Position numbers and translations under genes: made by a program. Shown in pieces: positions 19,791-30,220 of a DNA stretch of 64,000 nucleotides. Source of the stretch: Bacillota bacterium (GTDB lineage: Bacteria; Bacillota; JAAYKD01); NCBI GenBank assembly GCA_963666425.2, contig OY762825.2:992001-1056000 (forward strand), written 5' to 3'. The notes below the pieces were generated by a model, which worked only from the letters and a program-made list of their open reading frames with translations, ran no database searches and was not told the DNA's origin. Within the stretch, counting starts at the first letter, position 1; the number at the start of each line of letters is the position of its first letter.

Positions 19791-20429
19791 ATGTTGGAAA
19801 CCTCTGCTCTATTTAAATTAACTTACGGACTGTTTCTGATTGGAGCAGCCGCCGACGGCCGGCAAAATGCCTGTATCACGAACACATTAATGCAAGTCAC
19901 CAGTGACCCGCTGCGTTGCGTTGCAACCGTGACCAAAACACATTTTACCCATGAATTGCTGATCAAAACCGGTAAATTATCTGTTTCCGTACTATCAATG
20001 GAAGCAAAACTTGGCATGTTCAACTGGTTTGGTATGCAGAGCGGGCATACCGTGGATAAACTCAGCAACTACCCGCACGAGACCGATGCCAATGGCTGTC
20101 CTTACCTGACGGAAGGTGTCTGTGCAGTCTACGAAGGAACTGTCGTACAGACGCTCGATTTAGGTACTCATACTCTATTCCTCTTTGATGTCACGGCAGC
20201 GCGCATCATTAAAAACATCGCTCCTATGACTTACGGTGATTACCGGATTCTGAAAAGCGGCAAGCAGGCTGAACCAGCAAAACCAGCAGAATCTGATAAA
20301 CTAGAGGCGAAATGGATCTGCAGTGTCTGCCATTACGAGTATGATGGTACAATACCCTTTGAAGAGTTACCGGACGATTATACTTGCCCTGTCTGCGGTG
20401 TAGGCAAAAACATGTTTGTCAAAGTTTAG
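19791..20429 (+). CDS. Flavin reductase-rubredoxin fusion (high-molecular-weight rubredoxin-like)
   Basis: [23 protein letters not shown]; C-terminal CSVCHYEY...[11 protein letters not shown]. Confidence 0.9.
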   Translation: MLETSALFKLTYGLFLIGAAADGRQNACITNTLMQVTSDPLRCVATVTKTHFTHELLIKTGKLSVSVLSMEAKLGMFNWFGMQSGHTVDKLSNYPHETDANGCPYLTEGVCAVYEGTVVQTLDLGTHTLFLFDVTAARIIKNIAPMTYGDYRILKSGKQAEPAKPAESDKLEAKWICSVCHYEYDGTIPFEELPDDYTCPVCGVGKNMFVKV

Positions 20430-20508
20430 TTCTATCTGAAACAGCAAACACTCTGCTCCAATGACCAGAAGCACCCAGCTGCTTCAAATCGTTTGAGTAA
20501 AACGCTTC

Positions 20509-20547
20509 GGGAGGTAGGCTATCCATTCTTTGGGTAGTCTACCTCCC
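20509..20547. terminator. Hairpin between convergent genes, at the left edge of the AT-rich island
   Basis: GGGAGGTAGGCTATCCA / TGGGTAGTCTACCTCCC. Confidence 0.65.
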
Positions 20548-20554
20548 TGTTATT

Positions 20555-21769
20555 TTATTCGGTTGGATTTCTCATAGTACTTGCCAGACTGCCTTTGGTT
20601 AGCAAAACAGTAGTAATCGTACTTACCACTGCAGTAGAAATTAAAGCAATGATAAACGGCAACCAACTAACACTAAATGAATTAGTAAATTGCATCGAAA
20701 TAAATCCTGCGATCCTTGTTCCCAATAAACCTCCAAGAAGTGCAATAATGATGCATTCAGCAATAAACATCATTTGGATCTGTATTTGACTGAATCCAAC
20801 GATTCGCAATAAAGCAAGCTCTTTACGTCGAGATAACGTCAATGCAATGGAGTTGACGAGCACAATAAGAATGGAAACAAACATCATTACCGGAACATAA
20901 TAATCTGCCATCACTTCAAATCGCTCAAAATCGCCATATAATAATGCGCCTACATCATAAATTGTCCAAACCTGTAAAGGCAAATTGTCCTCATTTATTC
21001 GAGTCATCAGAGTATTCTTTAATTCGTCCATTTCATCTAAAGAGCATTCAATAGAAATAAAAGACACCGGTTCGTCACCACCAACGAGTTGCTGAAGAGT
21101 ATCCAATTCGACCCAATCAACCATATACATAACACTGGAAGAATCATATAAACTTTGAACCTGAACTTGTTTCTTTACCAGATTCGGAATATACCAGTCA
21201 TAACCGGCTTTCTCATTAGAAATTGTTGGAACGGTTAAATCCATATAATCTCCAGCACCTAAGTGTAATAGAGGACTGCGTATCTCTCCATTATTGTTTT
21301 TAAATCTCTGATCGGTTGCCAGGTAAATTTTTCCATAATTATTGATAAAAACACCTTCGGTTACATCCGCAGTATACAAGTATCTTTTAATATTCTCAAC
21401 AGGATCAATTCTTCCAGCAACATAGCTCCAACCATCTCGCATTCTATACGGAGCAATCAGAACCTTTTCCTGTTTGACACCAGGTGCTACTTCTTCTAGG
21501 AAGGCGTTTACAGGTGTTGCTGAGAAAGGTTTAATATCGAGTGGATCAGCATAAATCATTGTTGATGAGGTTTTTATTTCGGTTCTTTCATCGACAATAA
21601 TTACGTTTTCCCCGAATAAAAAGCGCAAAGGTACTAATGCATAATCCTGTAGCATGCCCAAACCACTCAGCCCTATGCAGCTCACTAATACAGCAAGCGC
21701 TAAACCGATTATGGCTAAGGAATAATTCCGAAAGTTTCGCCGAAAAGACACGAATGTCATCCAAAGCAT
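20555..21769 (-). CDS. ABC exporter permease, FtsX/MacB-like (subunit 2, copy A)
   Basis: N-terminal TM, large extracytoplasmic loop, RRKELALLRIVG motif plus C-terminal TMs. Confidence 0.88.
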   Translation of the reverse strand: MLWMTFVSFRRNFRNYSLAIIGLALAVLVSCIGLSGLGMLQDYALVPLRFLFGENVIIVDERTEIKTSSTMIYADPLDIKPFSATPVNAFLEEVAPGVKQEKVLIAPYRMRDGWSYVAGRIDPVENIKRYLYTADVTEGVFINNYGKIYLATDQRFKNNNGEIRSPLLHLGAGDYMDLTVPTISNEKAGYDWYIPNLVKKQVQVQSLYDSSSVMYMVDWVELDTLQQLVGGDEPVSFISIECSLDEMDELKNTLMTRINEDNLPLQVWTIYDVGALLYGDFERFEVMADYYVPVMMFVSILIVLVNSIALTLSRRKELALLRIVGFSQIQIQMMFIAECIIIALLGGLLGTRIAGFISMQFTNSFSVSWLPFIIALISTAVVSTITTVLLTKGSLASTMRNPTE

Positions 21770-21790
21770 ATGATCAACTCCTTAGTCTAC

Positions 21791-22864
21791 CTAAGCGTCA
21801 TTTAATAATTTAGGAATGGCTGTCCCTAAAAACTGCATAGTAATAATCAAAGTACTGAACAAGCCAACGCCATAATAAATTCCCACATCTTTTACTAACG
21901 TCCAAAAAATATCTAGTGGTTTTGTTACTAATCCCAAGGAATTAGATATGATTGGCAGAATGGCAGCCGTTGCTAAAAATCCAATAAGGAATGTGATCGT
22001 TGTTTGCATCAGGGTAGGAAGCATTAACCATGGTTTCTTGATTCCCATTGCCAATAAAACGCCGGTTTGATAGGCCCCACTTCGCTGACCGATATAGAGC
22101 AAGACTGCTGACGATGTTGCTGTGATTCCCAATATCAGTAAACGCAAACTCATAACCATTGTGTCGGATAACCCTAGACTGTTTTTTGTATTGGAATAAT
22201 TTTCTTCATATTTTTCAATGATGTATCTGGCATCGACCTTCTCTAATTCGTCTTCAACAAAACCAATATCGACTTTTCCATCCAACTGTATCGCTTTTGT
22301 ACCAAAAAGTGAGGATAGTCTCAGGAACCCTTCTTCATTGAGTAAAGGTTTTGTTACGACTCCTTTTTTACTGCTCACTATTCCCGATATTTCGTATTCA
22401 ATAGGCGGAATTGATATGCCCGGCAATACTTTTAAATGATCGCCAACATTTAATTGATAGGCTGCTGCTAATTGTCCCGGTATTGCGACCTCATCCGCAT
22501 TAGTTGGTAAATTACCGCCTTCCATTTCTATGAGTATTCTGGTTTCTTCTTTCGGTATCAGCAAAAAGTCCATTTCGCTTGAATATACAAAGGCTTCTGT
22601 TGTGAATACTTCTTCAATATATTTGACACCTCGGATACTCATGATTTTCTTCATTTCTTCATCATCAATATTTCCAATGATTTCAATATCAAATGGCCAG
22701 TCCGATCTTTGTACATCAGCGACTTTTTCTGACATTTCGTTTAACGCTGTTCCTAAAAGTACATAGCTACTCAAAGAGCCGATGACTGCTAATATCATGA
22801 TCATTAACTGTAGTCGGTTCCTAGTGATGTTCCATTGAATCAGCTTTACCGATAGTTTGAACAT
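21791..22864 (-). CDS. ABC exporter permease, FtsX/MacB-like (subunit 1, copy A)
   Basis: TM, MacB-like periplasmic core (GNLPTNADEVAIP, VGD), QTGVLLAMG. Confidence 0.82.
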   Translation of the reverse strand: MFKLSVKLIQWNITRNRLQLMIMILAVIGSLSSYVLLGTALNEMSEKVADVQRSDWPFDIEIIGNIDDEEMKKIMSIRGVKYIEEVFTTEAFVYSSEMDFLLIPKEETRILIEMEGGNLPTNADEVAIPGQLAAAYQLNVGDHLKVLPGISIPPIEYEISGIVSSKKGVVTKPLLNEEGFLRLSSLFGTKAIQLDGKVDIGFVEDELEKVDARYIIEKYEENYSNTKNSLGLSDTMVMSLRLLILGITATSSAVLLYIGQRSGAYQTGVLLAMGIKKPWLMLPTLMQTTITFLIGFLATAAILPIISNSLGLVTKPLDIFWTLVKDVGIYYGVGLFSTLIITMQFLGTAIPKLLNDA

Positions 22865-22886
22865 CTTCGTTTTCTCCTTCGGTTCT

Positions 22887-23567
22887 CTACTTGTTTACCA
22901 TTTTTCCATCTCTTAATTTTAATACCCGATTTGCCAAGGGAACCAGTTCTGCATTATGCGTCACCATTAAGCATGCTGAATTGTTTTCTTTCACCATTTC
23001 CTGTAATAAGTTCATGACCTCCAGGCTGGTTACGGAATCTAAGTTTCCTGTCGGTTCATCGGCAAAGACGATTTTCGGCTTTGTCACTAAGGCTCGGGCT
23101 ACAGTAACTCGCTGCTGTTCTCCTCCAGATAATTGCCCTGGTCTGTGATGTGCCCGATCACCCAATCCGACCCTTGTTAACATTTCCATGGATTTTTCGA
23201 CTGGATTGGGTTGCCCTGTTATGCGTAACGGTATCTGCACATTTTCTAAAGCAGTCAGGTTTGGTAATAAGTTAAACGACTGAAAAATGAAACCGAAAGA
23301 CCGGCTACGTAAATGAGATAACTCATTATCATTCAGTTTATAGATCGACACGTCGTCTACGAAAACTTCTCCTCGATCCGGTGCATCTAAACCAGACAAG
23401 GTATGAAGCAGGGTCGTTTTTCCTGAACCGGAAGGTCCCACCAACATGACAAGCTCTCCCTGATACACTTCAATGTTGATTTGATCTAAAGCGATTACTT
23501 CTTGTTCTCCCATAAGGAAGACTCGACGTAAATTCTCACCTCTGATTGCGAGTGTTTGGTTCTCCAT
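22887..23567 (-). CDS. ABC transporter ATP-binding protein, LolD/MacB-like (copy A)
   Basis: GPSGSGKTT, LSGGEQQRV, ADEPTGNLD. Confidence 0.95.
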   Translation of the reverse strand: MENQTLAIRGENLRRVFLMGEQEVIALDQINIEVYQGELVMLVGPSGSGKTTLLHTLSGLDAPDRGEVFVDDVSIYKLNDNELSHLRSRSFGFIFQSFNLLPNLTALENVQIPLRITGQPNPVEKSMEMLTRVGLGDRAHHRPGQLSGGEQQRVTVARALVTKPKIVFADEPTGNLDSVTSLEVMNLLQEMVKENNSACLMVTHNAELVPLANRVLKLRDGKMVNK

Positions 23568-23915
23568 ATTTACACCTCACCAAATTTAAAAGTATTTATA
23601 TCATTTAAACAATGCCACAACGCATTTACAAAATCCTTTTCTATTTTGATTTTAGCCTAATCCTTCAATCAGTTAAAAATCAAGATTCGTGTAAATTCTT
23701 GTTCTAAAATTGCATCAGAGTATTCACGAATGAATAACCAACAGTATACGTTATAACGCACAAGCTAAAATATAACGTGTTAATGCAGTAATTGCCATTA
23801 AGAATCCAGGTTCAATATTCTTTGGTATTTCGACCCTTATTTTTTTCTGTTTGATTCAAGCTCAAGCTCGGCGCTAATATTCGAACATTGTTATGAATTG
23901 CTTTTCATCACCTCC

Positions 23916-24287
23916 TCAAATAGCGGTCGAAAGATAAGTCATTTCCATGGAAAGCAATCTGAAATCCAGCATGGCATCCGGATCAAATTCGTCAGATAAT
24001 TTCGCTAAATCTATTGCACGATCATAATCTTCAAGTGATAGATCGAAATAGTATTTCGATATTGACTGCAAGATTTGTCCTTTGCTTCCATAGCGTAACA
24101 AATGATCGATTGATGTGATAAGTGCGCCCGCAAGCTGTGGCAGGAGTTCACATGCTGGAAGATTTTTTCCTTGCTCCCAATTATATACTGTCGTTGCAGA
24201 CACTCCCAGCATAGAAGCTAAATCCCCCGGTAATAGTCCCTTTCTTTCCCGTAATTTCCTAATTCTCTCTCCTACCAGCTCTCGCAT
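23916..24287 (-). CDS. XRE-family helix-turn-helix transcriptional regulator
   Basis: GERIRKLRERKG...LASMLGVSATTVYNWEQGKNLP; strong RBS. Confidence 0.88.
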   Translation of the reverse strand: MRELVGERIRKLRERKGLLPGDLASMLGVSATTVYNWEQGKNLPACELLPQLAGALITSIDHLLRYGSKGQILQSISKYYFDLSLEDYDRAIDLAKLSDEFDPDAMLDFRLLSMEMTYLSTAI

Positions 24288-24633
24288 GAGATTCCCCCCT
24301 CCTCCGTTTGGTATTTCTTCAGTACTATTTTCTTCAGCTTTCTTTTCTTCAATATTAATTCGAATTCCTTTATATCTGTTTAACTACATATTTAAATTTA
24401 ACTGATTAATAATTTTCTATATATAAAACCACCTTCTCGCGTTTTGCAGCGAAAGGGTGGTGCTTTTTTTGACCTAGTAGTCTTGTTAAGTTTGCGCTAT
24501 TTGATTATTATGATGCATCTGATGCGTTTATGGAATAGATGGCATTCTTGTTCAAAGACACTAGGTATTATTACCGATGACATGGCAAACATCGGAAGCG
24601 CACTCCATTCTGCAATTTATCATAATGAAAAAC

Positions 24634-25574
24634 GGGGCTGTAGCAAAATGAAAAATTGCTACAGTCCCTTTTTGATGCTCCAGTATCATTTTTCACAAAC
24701 GGAAAGCAAGCAAATACGAAAACTAGCAGACAATAATATAAAGGTCAGACAAAATCTCACCCAAATACAGGAACTATTCTGGTTTTTATTAATATTAAGC
24801 CGTAAGTTTTTTAAACAATTGTCTGCCGGTGCGATTTTGTTGAATCTTGTTGTGTAATTTGTTGATGTTGTAGCCCATTGCCACCAAAAGAATCTCTGCC
24901 AAAACCTTTTTATTGTCGCGGAGCAGGAACTGACGGAAGCCGTAATCCTGCTTGATCACGCCGAAGGCTCCTTCTGACTGAATGGAACGATTCATCCGCA
25001 GCAAGATCCCCTTGGCACTGGTGATCCGCTCCAGTGACTGTTGACGCTGCTCAATGAATTTCTTGGAGACCTGCAGTTTCCTGTTTCCCTTCGATCGGGT
25101 GCATTTCTTTTTATAGGGACACGTTCCGCAATCCTCACATGCGTAGTAGGTGATCTCACTTTCAAAACCAGACTTGCTCTTACGTTTGCCTGTATAAACT
25201 GCTCTGAGTTTCTTTTCAGCCTGACAGGTGTATTCATCCAGTGTCTTGTCATAGGCCATGTTTTCCCTCAGCACCATGTTGCTCTTGTATTTCTTCGTTT
25301 TAGACCGCTCATAATTTTGAGGCTTAATGTAACACTGTGTGGTTTTATTTTCAAAAAAGGTGTAATTTTCCTCGCTCTCATAACCCGCATCCGCTGTGAC
25401 ATCTTCGTAACTTGTCTTAAGATGTGATTCCATATTTTCCAGCAAGGGTATGAGTGTAAGCTGATCGCTGCGCTCACTGGAAACCTGGACACCTGTAATA
25501 TATTCACCTTCCACTCCAAGTTGGATGTTATAACCCGGTTTCAATTGCGCGTTACGCATATGATCGTCTTTCAT
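24634..25574 (-). mobile_element. Truncated IS1182-family element: 3' part of the transposase (24795-25574) and right terminal IR
   Basis: MKDDHMRNAQLKPGYNIQ, ADAGYESEENY, RSIQSEGAFGVIKQD..FR, YNINKL; end motif GGGGCTGTAGCAAAAT at 24634; N-terminal half missing. Confidence 0.85.
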
Positions 25575-25661
25575 ATGCTTACCCTAAAGCGGTCACGGTT
25601 AACGTCAAAGTGCGGTCAAAAGTTCCAGTCAGTTTGCGGCTAAAGCTACTTGGCAGCAACA
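25575..25661. mobile_element. Probable isolated IS21-family terminal inverted-repeat remnant
   Basis: On the minus strand it starts TGTTGCTGCCAAG and carries repeated TGACCGC/AGCCGC motifs; it sits exactly between the truncated IS1182 and a truncated gene. Confidence 0.4.
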
Positions 25662-25869
25662 CCAATAGTGTCGTGGTATTTCTGGAAAATCGCTTCATAT
25701 TGCCCGACAAGCAGGTATGTTGTGCAGTAAAATCGATTGGGTTGGTATAATCGAATTCAAGGTACGACTTTCAGCGATATCCCAGCTCCTGCAATTCATC
25801 CGATAACCACCGAACCATACTGGATTTGCCAACCCCTGAAACGCCTTCAATAAAAATCAGCTCTGTCAC
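25662..25869 (-). pseudogene. P-loop kinase (thymidylate kinase-like) pseudogene fragment
   Basis: Manual translation from GTG 25869: MTELIFIEGVSGVGKSSMVRWLSDELQELGYR*KSYLEFDYTNPIDF; in-frame TGA, then frameshift and truncation. Confidence 0.7.
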
Positions 25870-26256
25870 TGGTTATCCCCCCAACAATCCGTACCTATCT
25901 GTATATAGAGCACGATTTCCTAAAATTTTACCTTAACAAGCCGGATTTCATAGTTCTTTTTGTTAATTCCACAACATTTCCACAATCTCGTAAGTATCCG
26001 AAAAACATGATTTTTCTCACATCTTCTTCCTTAGTAGTGTCAATGCCAAATAGCATCTGGCGCTCATAGAATTTCGTGGTATTTTTTCATCTATTTTTAA
26101 TCGCTCACAGACAAACGTATATATTATCTATTAATATGCCCTTTCCCTTTTGTCGACTTTGCTAGAGCAAATACTTCATACTTTTTCCGATAAGAAATAT
26201 AGAGGATTTTTCCAGTTTTTATCGAATTAAATAGAAAACTTTTGGAGGGAAAAATC

Positions 26257-26865
26257 ATGCAGCGAAAACGTTTATTATTACTTATTGTTTTTGTATCAAT
26301 ACTTATGGCCGCATGCTCCTATAATATAGCTAATCCTTCCTATAATGAAATCGAAGTGAATGAGTTTCAGTGGCAGTCATTCATTTGGAAACCGTATGAA
26401 ATAAATGGAACTAACTATGAAAAAGCCGCGCTTTTTATTCCGATTGAGTTTGAGGGTTCTAAGAATACAGAGAGAAAATATTTGCTCCAATTAGATACAG
26501 GAATTTTCAATTCGAAAATCGATGGAATCACCTTCAATAGCATAAACCCGCCTCATGAAATATTAGTTGCAGACGCTGGCGAGGGTATAATTTTTAACGG
26601 GAGGATCGCTGGTTATGATGTAAAAAAAACGCTAAGTGCCGTAAGGAAGGAAGCTGGAGTAATCATTGATGAATCTGTCCCGATAGAGATTATAGTGGGT
26701 TCATTAGGTTTGCAGTTTTTCTTAGGTAAAACCTTAGTCTTGGATTTTCCAAACAATAGATTATCTATAACTTCCTCAGAAAAGCAATTACCAGTGGACC
26801 TAACAGAAAATGTTACTTATTATCCGGCAAAAATAATGAACAACTTTTTTACTTTGTCAAGATAA
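26257..26865 (+). CDS. Lipoprotein with a retropepsin-like aspartyl protease motif, probably C-terminally truncated
   Basis: Lipobox MAAC; LQLDTG followed by IVGSLGLQFF...LVLDFPNNRL. Confidence 0.65.
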   Translation: MQRKRLLLLIVFVSILMAACSYNIANPSYNEIEVNEFQWQSFIWKPYEINGTNYEKAALFIPIEFEGSKNTERKYLLQLDTGIFNSKIDGITFNSINPPHEILVADAGEGIIFNGRIAGYDVKKTLSAVRKEAGVIIDESVPIEIIVGSLGLQFFLGKTLVLDFPNNRLSITSSEKQLPVDLTENVTYYPAKIMNNFFTLSR

Positions 26866-27144
26866 TAATATAAATAAAATTACGTTCACTGTTTCGAAAG
26901 ACTCACTCCTTACTAATTATATTATTCAAAACTGGTTAAATAATGAAGTTTCACTTGGACAAACTTGGACATTTGACTTAATTCACAGTGAAGTTGAAAG
27001 CAATCCAAGATTTGTTGAAATTAGTATAAGCGATGCATAGTCTACAGATGAGATTTTATCTATTTACACTTTTTGTCTATTCTCTTTAAATTATATGAAT
27101 GAATTACAACTTTAAGTATTGACCAAGATTTGAAGGGAGAATTT

Positions 27145-27825
27145 ATGAGTCATAATCAAGTTGCTTTAAAAGGAATTGATTTAATACGCATCTTCCACTT
27201 GGGAGATCAGGAAGTTCGTGCATTAGATGAGATCAACATTGAAGTGTATCCGGGCGAGTTGGTCATGTTATTGGGACCTTCCGGTTCCGGTAAGACGACA
27301 CTGTTACATACCTTATCTGGTTTAGATACGCCGGACAGGGGAGAAGTGTTTGTCGACAACATTTCAATTTATAAACTCAACGATAATGAATTATCACATT
27401 TGAGAAGCCGCTCCTTCGGTTTTATTTTCCAGTCGTTCAACTTATTGCCAAACCTGACGGCCATAGAAAATGTACAGATCCCCTTGCGCATCACAGGGCA
27501 GCCTGACCCGGTTAAAAAATCCATGGAAATGCTCAAGCGTGTGGGCTTGGCGGACCGGGCACATCACAGGCCAGGGCAGTTATCGGGTGGAGAACAGCAG
27601 CGAGTTACCGTGGCTCGGGCTTTAGTCACCAAACCCAAGATCGTTTTTGCCGACGAACCCACCGGTAACCTGGACTCGGTGACCAGCTTAGAGATCATGA
27701 ATCTTCTGCAAGAGATGGTCAAAGAGAACAATTCTGCATGCCTGATGGTCACTCATAATGCTGAACTGGTTCCACTGGCGAACCGGGTCTTATATTTAAG
27801 AGACGGAAAAATGGTCAACAAGTAG
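27145..27825 (+). CDS. ABC transporter ATP-binding protein (copy B)
   Basis: Walker A/B and signature; near-identical to 22887-23567. Confidence 0.95.
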   Translation: MSHNQVALKGIDLIRIFHLGDQEVRALDEINIEVYPGELVMLLGPSGSGKTTLLHTLSGLDTPDRGEVFVDNISIYKLNDNELSHLRSRSFGFIFQSFNLLPNLTAIENVQIPLRITGQPDPVKKSMEMLKRVGLADRAHHRPGQLSGGEQQRVTVARALVTKPKIVFADEPTGNLDSVTSLEIMNLLQEMVKENNSACLMVTHNAELVPLANRVLYLRDGKMVNK

Positions 27826-27847
27826 AAGTCGAAGGAGGAAATCGAAG

Positions 27848-28930
27848 ATGTTTCAATTCTCGGCGAAACTGATCCAATGGAATCTGGCGAGAAATCGAAG
27901 TCAGAATTGGATCATGATCCTGGCTGTGATCGGTTGTTTGACCAGTTATATTCTTTTAGGAACGGCTCTCAATGCGATCAGTGCAGAAATCGTGCAGAGT
28001 CAGAGGGACGATTGGCCATTTGATCTAACGATAAAAGTTCCAACGGAGGATGAAAAAAACAAGATCCGTCAGATCGAAGGAGTTTACCACTCGGAAGAGC
28101 TGAACATGGAGGAAGTCTATTTTTATTCCAATACTGTGACTGCCATCGGTATACCGGAAGAAGAAACAGCCTTGATCCTGGAACTGGAGTCAGGTAGTTT
28201 ACCGCAAAACGATGATCGGGTTACCATTCCGGGAGAAGTATCAAGAGCCTATAATTTATCGATCGGTCAAAAGATCTTACTTAGAACCTCTACAACGATA
28301 TACGCAGGAAAAGAATTTGAGATCGCAGGGATCTTCAGCACGAAAAAAGGAGTCACCAAAACGTTTGTGGTCACCAATGCTGCGATCAATCAACTCAATC
28401 TGCAGCATTCCGGATCATCACTGGTAATCCAGTTAGATGGTAAAGCGGATTTGGAGAAAACCTATTATAAAGTTCTGGATATAAACCCCAAATTAGTGGT
28501 GACCATGGACAGTGCAGGATATGAGAATGCACAGGTTACAGGAACGATTTCCGATTCTTTGATCAAAAGCTTGCGGTTCCTGATCTTAGCGATCTCTGCA
28601 ACTTCACTGGCAGTCCTGTTTTATCTCAGCCAAAGAAGTGGTGCTTACCAGACCGGCGTCTTACGTGCGATCGGGGTCAAACGCTTCTGGCTTTTGCTGC
28701 CACCACTGATTCAGATCAGCGTAGTTTTTCTGATCAGCAGTGGGATCGCATATGTTCTTCTGCCGATCCTATCTCAAATTTTGGGTTTGAACGAAGCTGG
28801 TAGTGCCAACTTGTCTTCAGTCGGTTGGGACCTTCTGGTATTTTTTGCCATTGGGTTATTGAGTACGATTGCAGTCAATCTCCAGTTTTTGCATCGTTCG
28901 ATCCCCACTTTGCTTAAAGATACCTGGTAA
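27848..28930 (+). CDS. ABC exporter permease FtsX/MacB-like (subunit 1, copy B)
   Basis: Paralogue of 21791-22864 (DWPFD, QLDGK.D, QRSGAYQTGVL). Confidence 0.82.
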   Translation: MFQFSAKLIQWNLARNRSQNWIMILAVIGCLTSYILLGTALNAISAEIVQSQRDDWPFDLTIKVPTEDEKNKIRQIEGVYHSEELNMEEVYFYSNTVTAIGIPEEETALILELESGSLPQNDDRVTIPGEVSRAYNLSIGQKILLRTSTTIYAGKEFEIAGIFSTKKGVTKTFVVTNAAINQLNLQHSGSSLVIQLDGKADLEKTYYKVLDINPKLVVTMDSAGYENAQVTGTISDSLIKSLRFLILAISATSLAVLFYLSQRSGAYQTGVLRAIGVKRFWLLLPPLIQISVVFLISSGIAYVLLPILSQILGLNEAGSANLSSVGWDLLVFFAIGLLSTIAVNLQFLHRSIPTLLKDTW

Positions 28931-28942
28931 GGAGGTGTTGAA

Positions 28943-30148
28943 ATGTTATGGATCACACGCACTTCCTTCTGGAGGAACAAAAGCAAATATACGTTAGCGA
29001 TGATCGGGTTGACCTTAGCTGTTTTATTGAGTTGCCTGGGTCTTTCCGCTTTAATGATGCTAAAGACAGCAACTTTGAGACCTTTAACTTTTGTTGCCGG
29101 TGGGCAGATTATGATCACCGATATCCGTACGGAGATCACCACTGCAGGCAATACTCTTTACGCGGATGCGCTGACGGTCAAGCCTTATAAATCGGAGATC
29201 GCTGAAGATCTGATCAGCGAAGTTGTAGTGGATGCAACGTTGCATTATACATTAGTTGCACCCTATCAATACATCTATAGCGGTAATAAGGTAAATTGGC
29301 AGTATATCTTTGCCAGAGACAACCCTTCCGAAACGTTGACCGATCTTTATCTTTTACAAGGCGTTTACTTAAGCGGAAATGAAGAAGAGAATACCATCAT
29401 TATGGTGGGACCGCAATGGGATGACATGACAAAAGCCTGGGATGGTTCTTCGGTCAATACGGATCATCGGTTTTCGATTCCGGAATTGGTTGAGATCAAT
29501 GGTGTTTATGATTGGAATGCGTCCGTATTGACTTCGGAAAGCTATTTCGTCAAAGGGATCCATGATTACAATAAAACATTATATTTTGTTGAATGGACAG
29601 AGCTTGAGACGTTACAAAAACAAGTGGGCGGTGATTCGCCTGTCTCTTGGGTTTCTATTGAAACCTCATTAGATCAGATGGATAGCTTGAAACAAGCATT
29701 GGAACAAAAAATACAGGAAGATGATCTACCACTGAAAGTCTTGACCATCTATGACTTAGGTTCCATGCTTTTAGGCGATTTCAGTCGTTTGGAAAAGATG
29801 ACCGATTATTATGTTCCGGTGATGTTATTTGTAACCATCCTGATCGTGATGATCAACGCGGTAGCCTTGACGATTTCACGCAAAAAAGAACTGGCTTTAT
29901 TACGAGTGTTGGGAATGAGTCAGTCCGAGGTGCAATTAAGCTTTTTAGTCGAATGTATGCTGACGGCAGTTATCGGAGGCGCCTTAGGAACGGCTTTGGC
30001 CTCAGGATTAGGAGTTGTTTTAGCAAAAGATCCGTCCGTGAGCTTATTACCTTTACTGGTATGTATTGTGTCGACGATGCTGATCAGTGGTATTTCAATA
30101 TTTGTTTTATTCAACCTTGATTCCCGTAACTCCCCACTAGGTTGCTAA
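28943..30148 (+). CDS. ABC exporter permease FtsX/MacB-like (subunit 2, copy B)
   Basis: Paralogue of 20555-21769 (VGGD.PVS, DYYVPVM, RKKELALLR). Confidence 0.86.
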   Translation: MLWITRTSFWRNKSKYTLAMIGLTLAVLLSCLGLSALMMLKTATLRPLTFVAGGQIMITDIRTEITTAGNTLYADALTVKPYKSEIAEDLISEVVVDATLHYTLVAPYQYIYSGNKVNWQYIFARDNPSETLTDLYLLQGVYLSGNEEENTIIMVGPQWDDMTKAWDGSSVNTDHRFSIPELVEINGVYDWNASVLTSESYFVKGIHDYNKTLYFVEWTELETLQKQVGGDSPVSWVSIETSLDQMDSLKQALEQKIQEDDLPLKVLTIYDLGSMLLGDFSRLEKMTDYYVPVMLFVTILIVMINAVALTISRKKELALLRVLGMSQSEVQLSFLVECMLTAVIGGALGTALASGLGVVLAKDPSVSLLPLLVCIVSTMLISGISIFVLFNLDSRNSPLGC

Positions 30149-30220
30149 TTAGATTGCAACTGCCATTTGAAAACACTTAAAACCTGCATAGTAGGTGGTT
30201 TTATTTATTGTTTCACAATG

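Noticed and set aside
23751-23908. Possible small gene downstream of the XRE regulator (MKAIHNNVRILAP...LACAL if one A is removed)
   Set aside because: Needs a frameshift or an ATT start, and GGAGG is only 2 nt from the ATG; not supportable without homologues.
24444-24857. 137-aa plus-strand ORF
   Set aside because: Runs across hairpins and the IS1182 right end, has no RBS and no protein-like motif.
25770-25776. In-frame TGA in the kinase fragment as a selenocysteine codon
   Set aside because: It is followed by a frameshift and truncation and is not in a redox motif; ordinary pseudogene decay.
30117-30140. TTGATTCCCGTAACTCCCCA as a tRNA 3'-end att site
   Set aside because: T-stem pairing is absent and the spacing to CCA is wrong.
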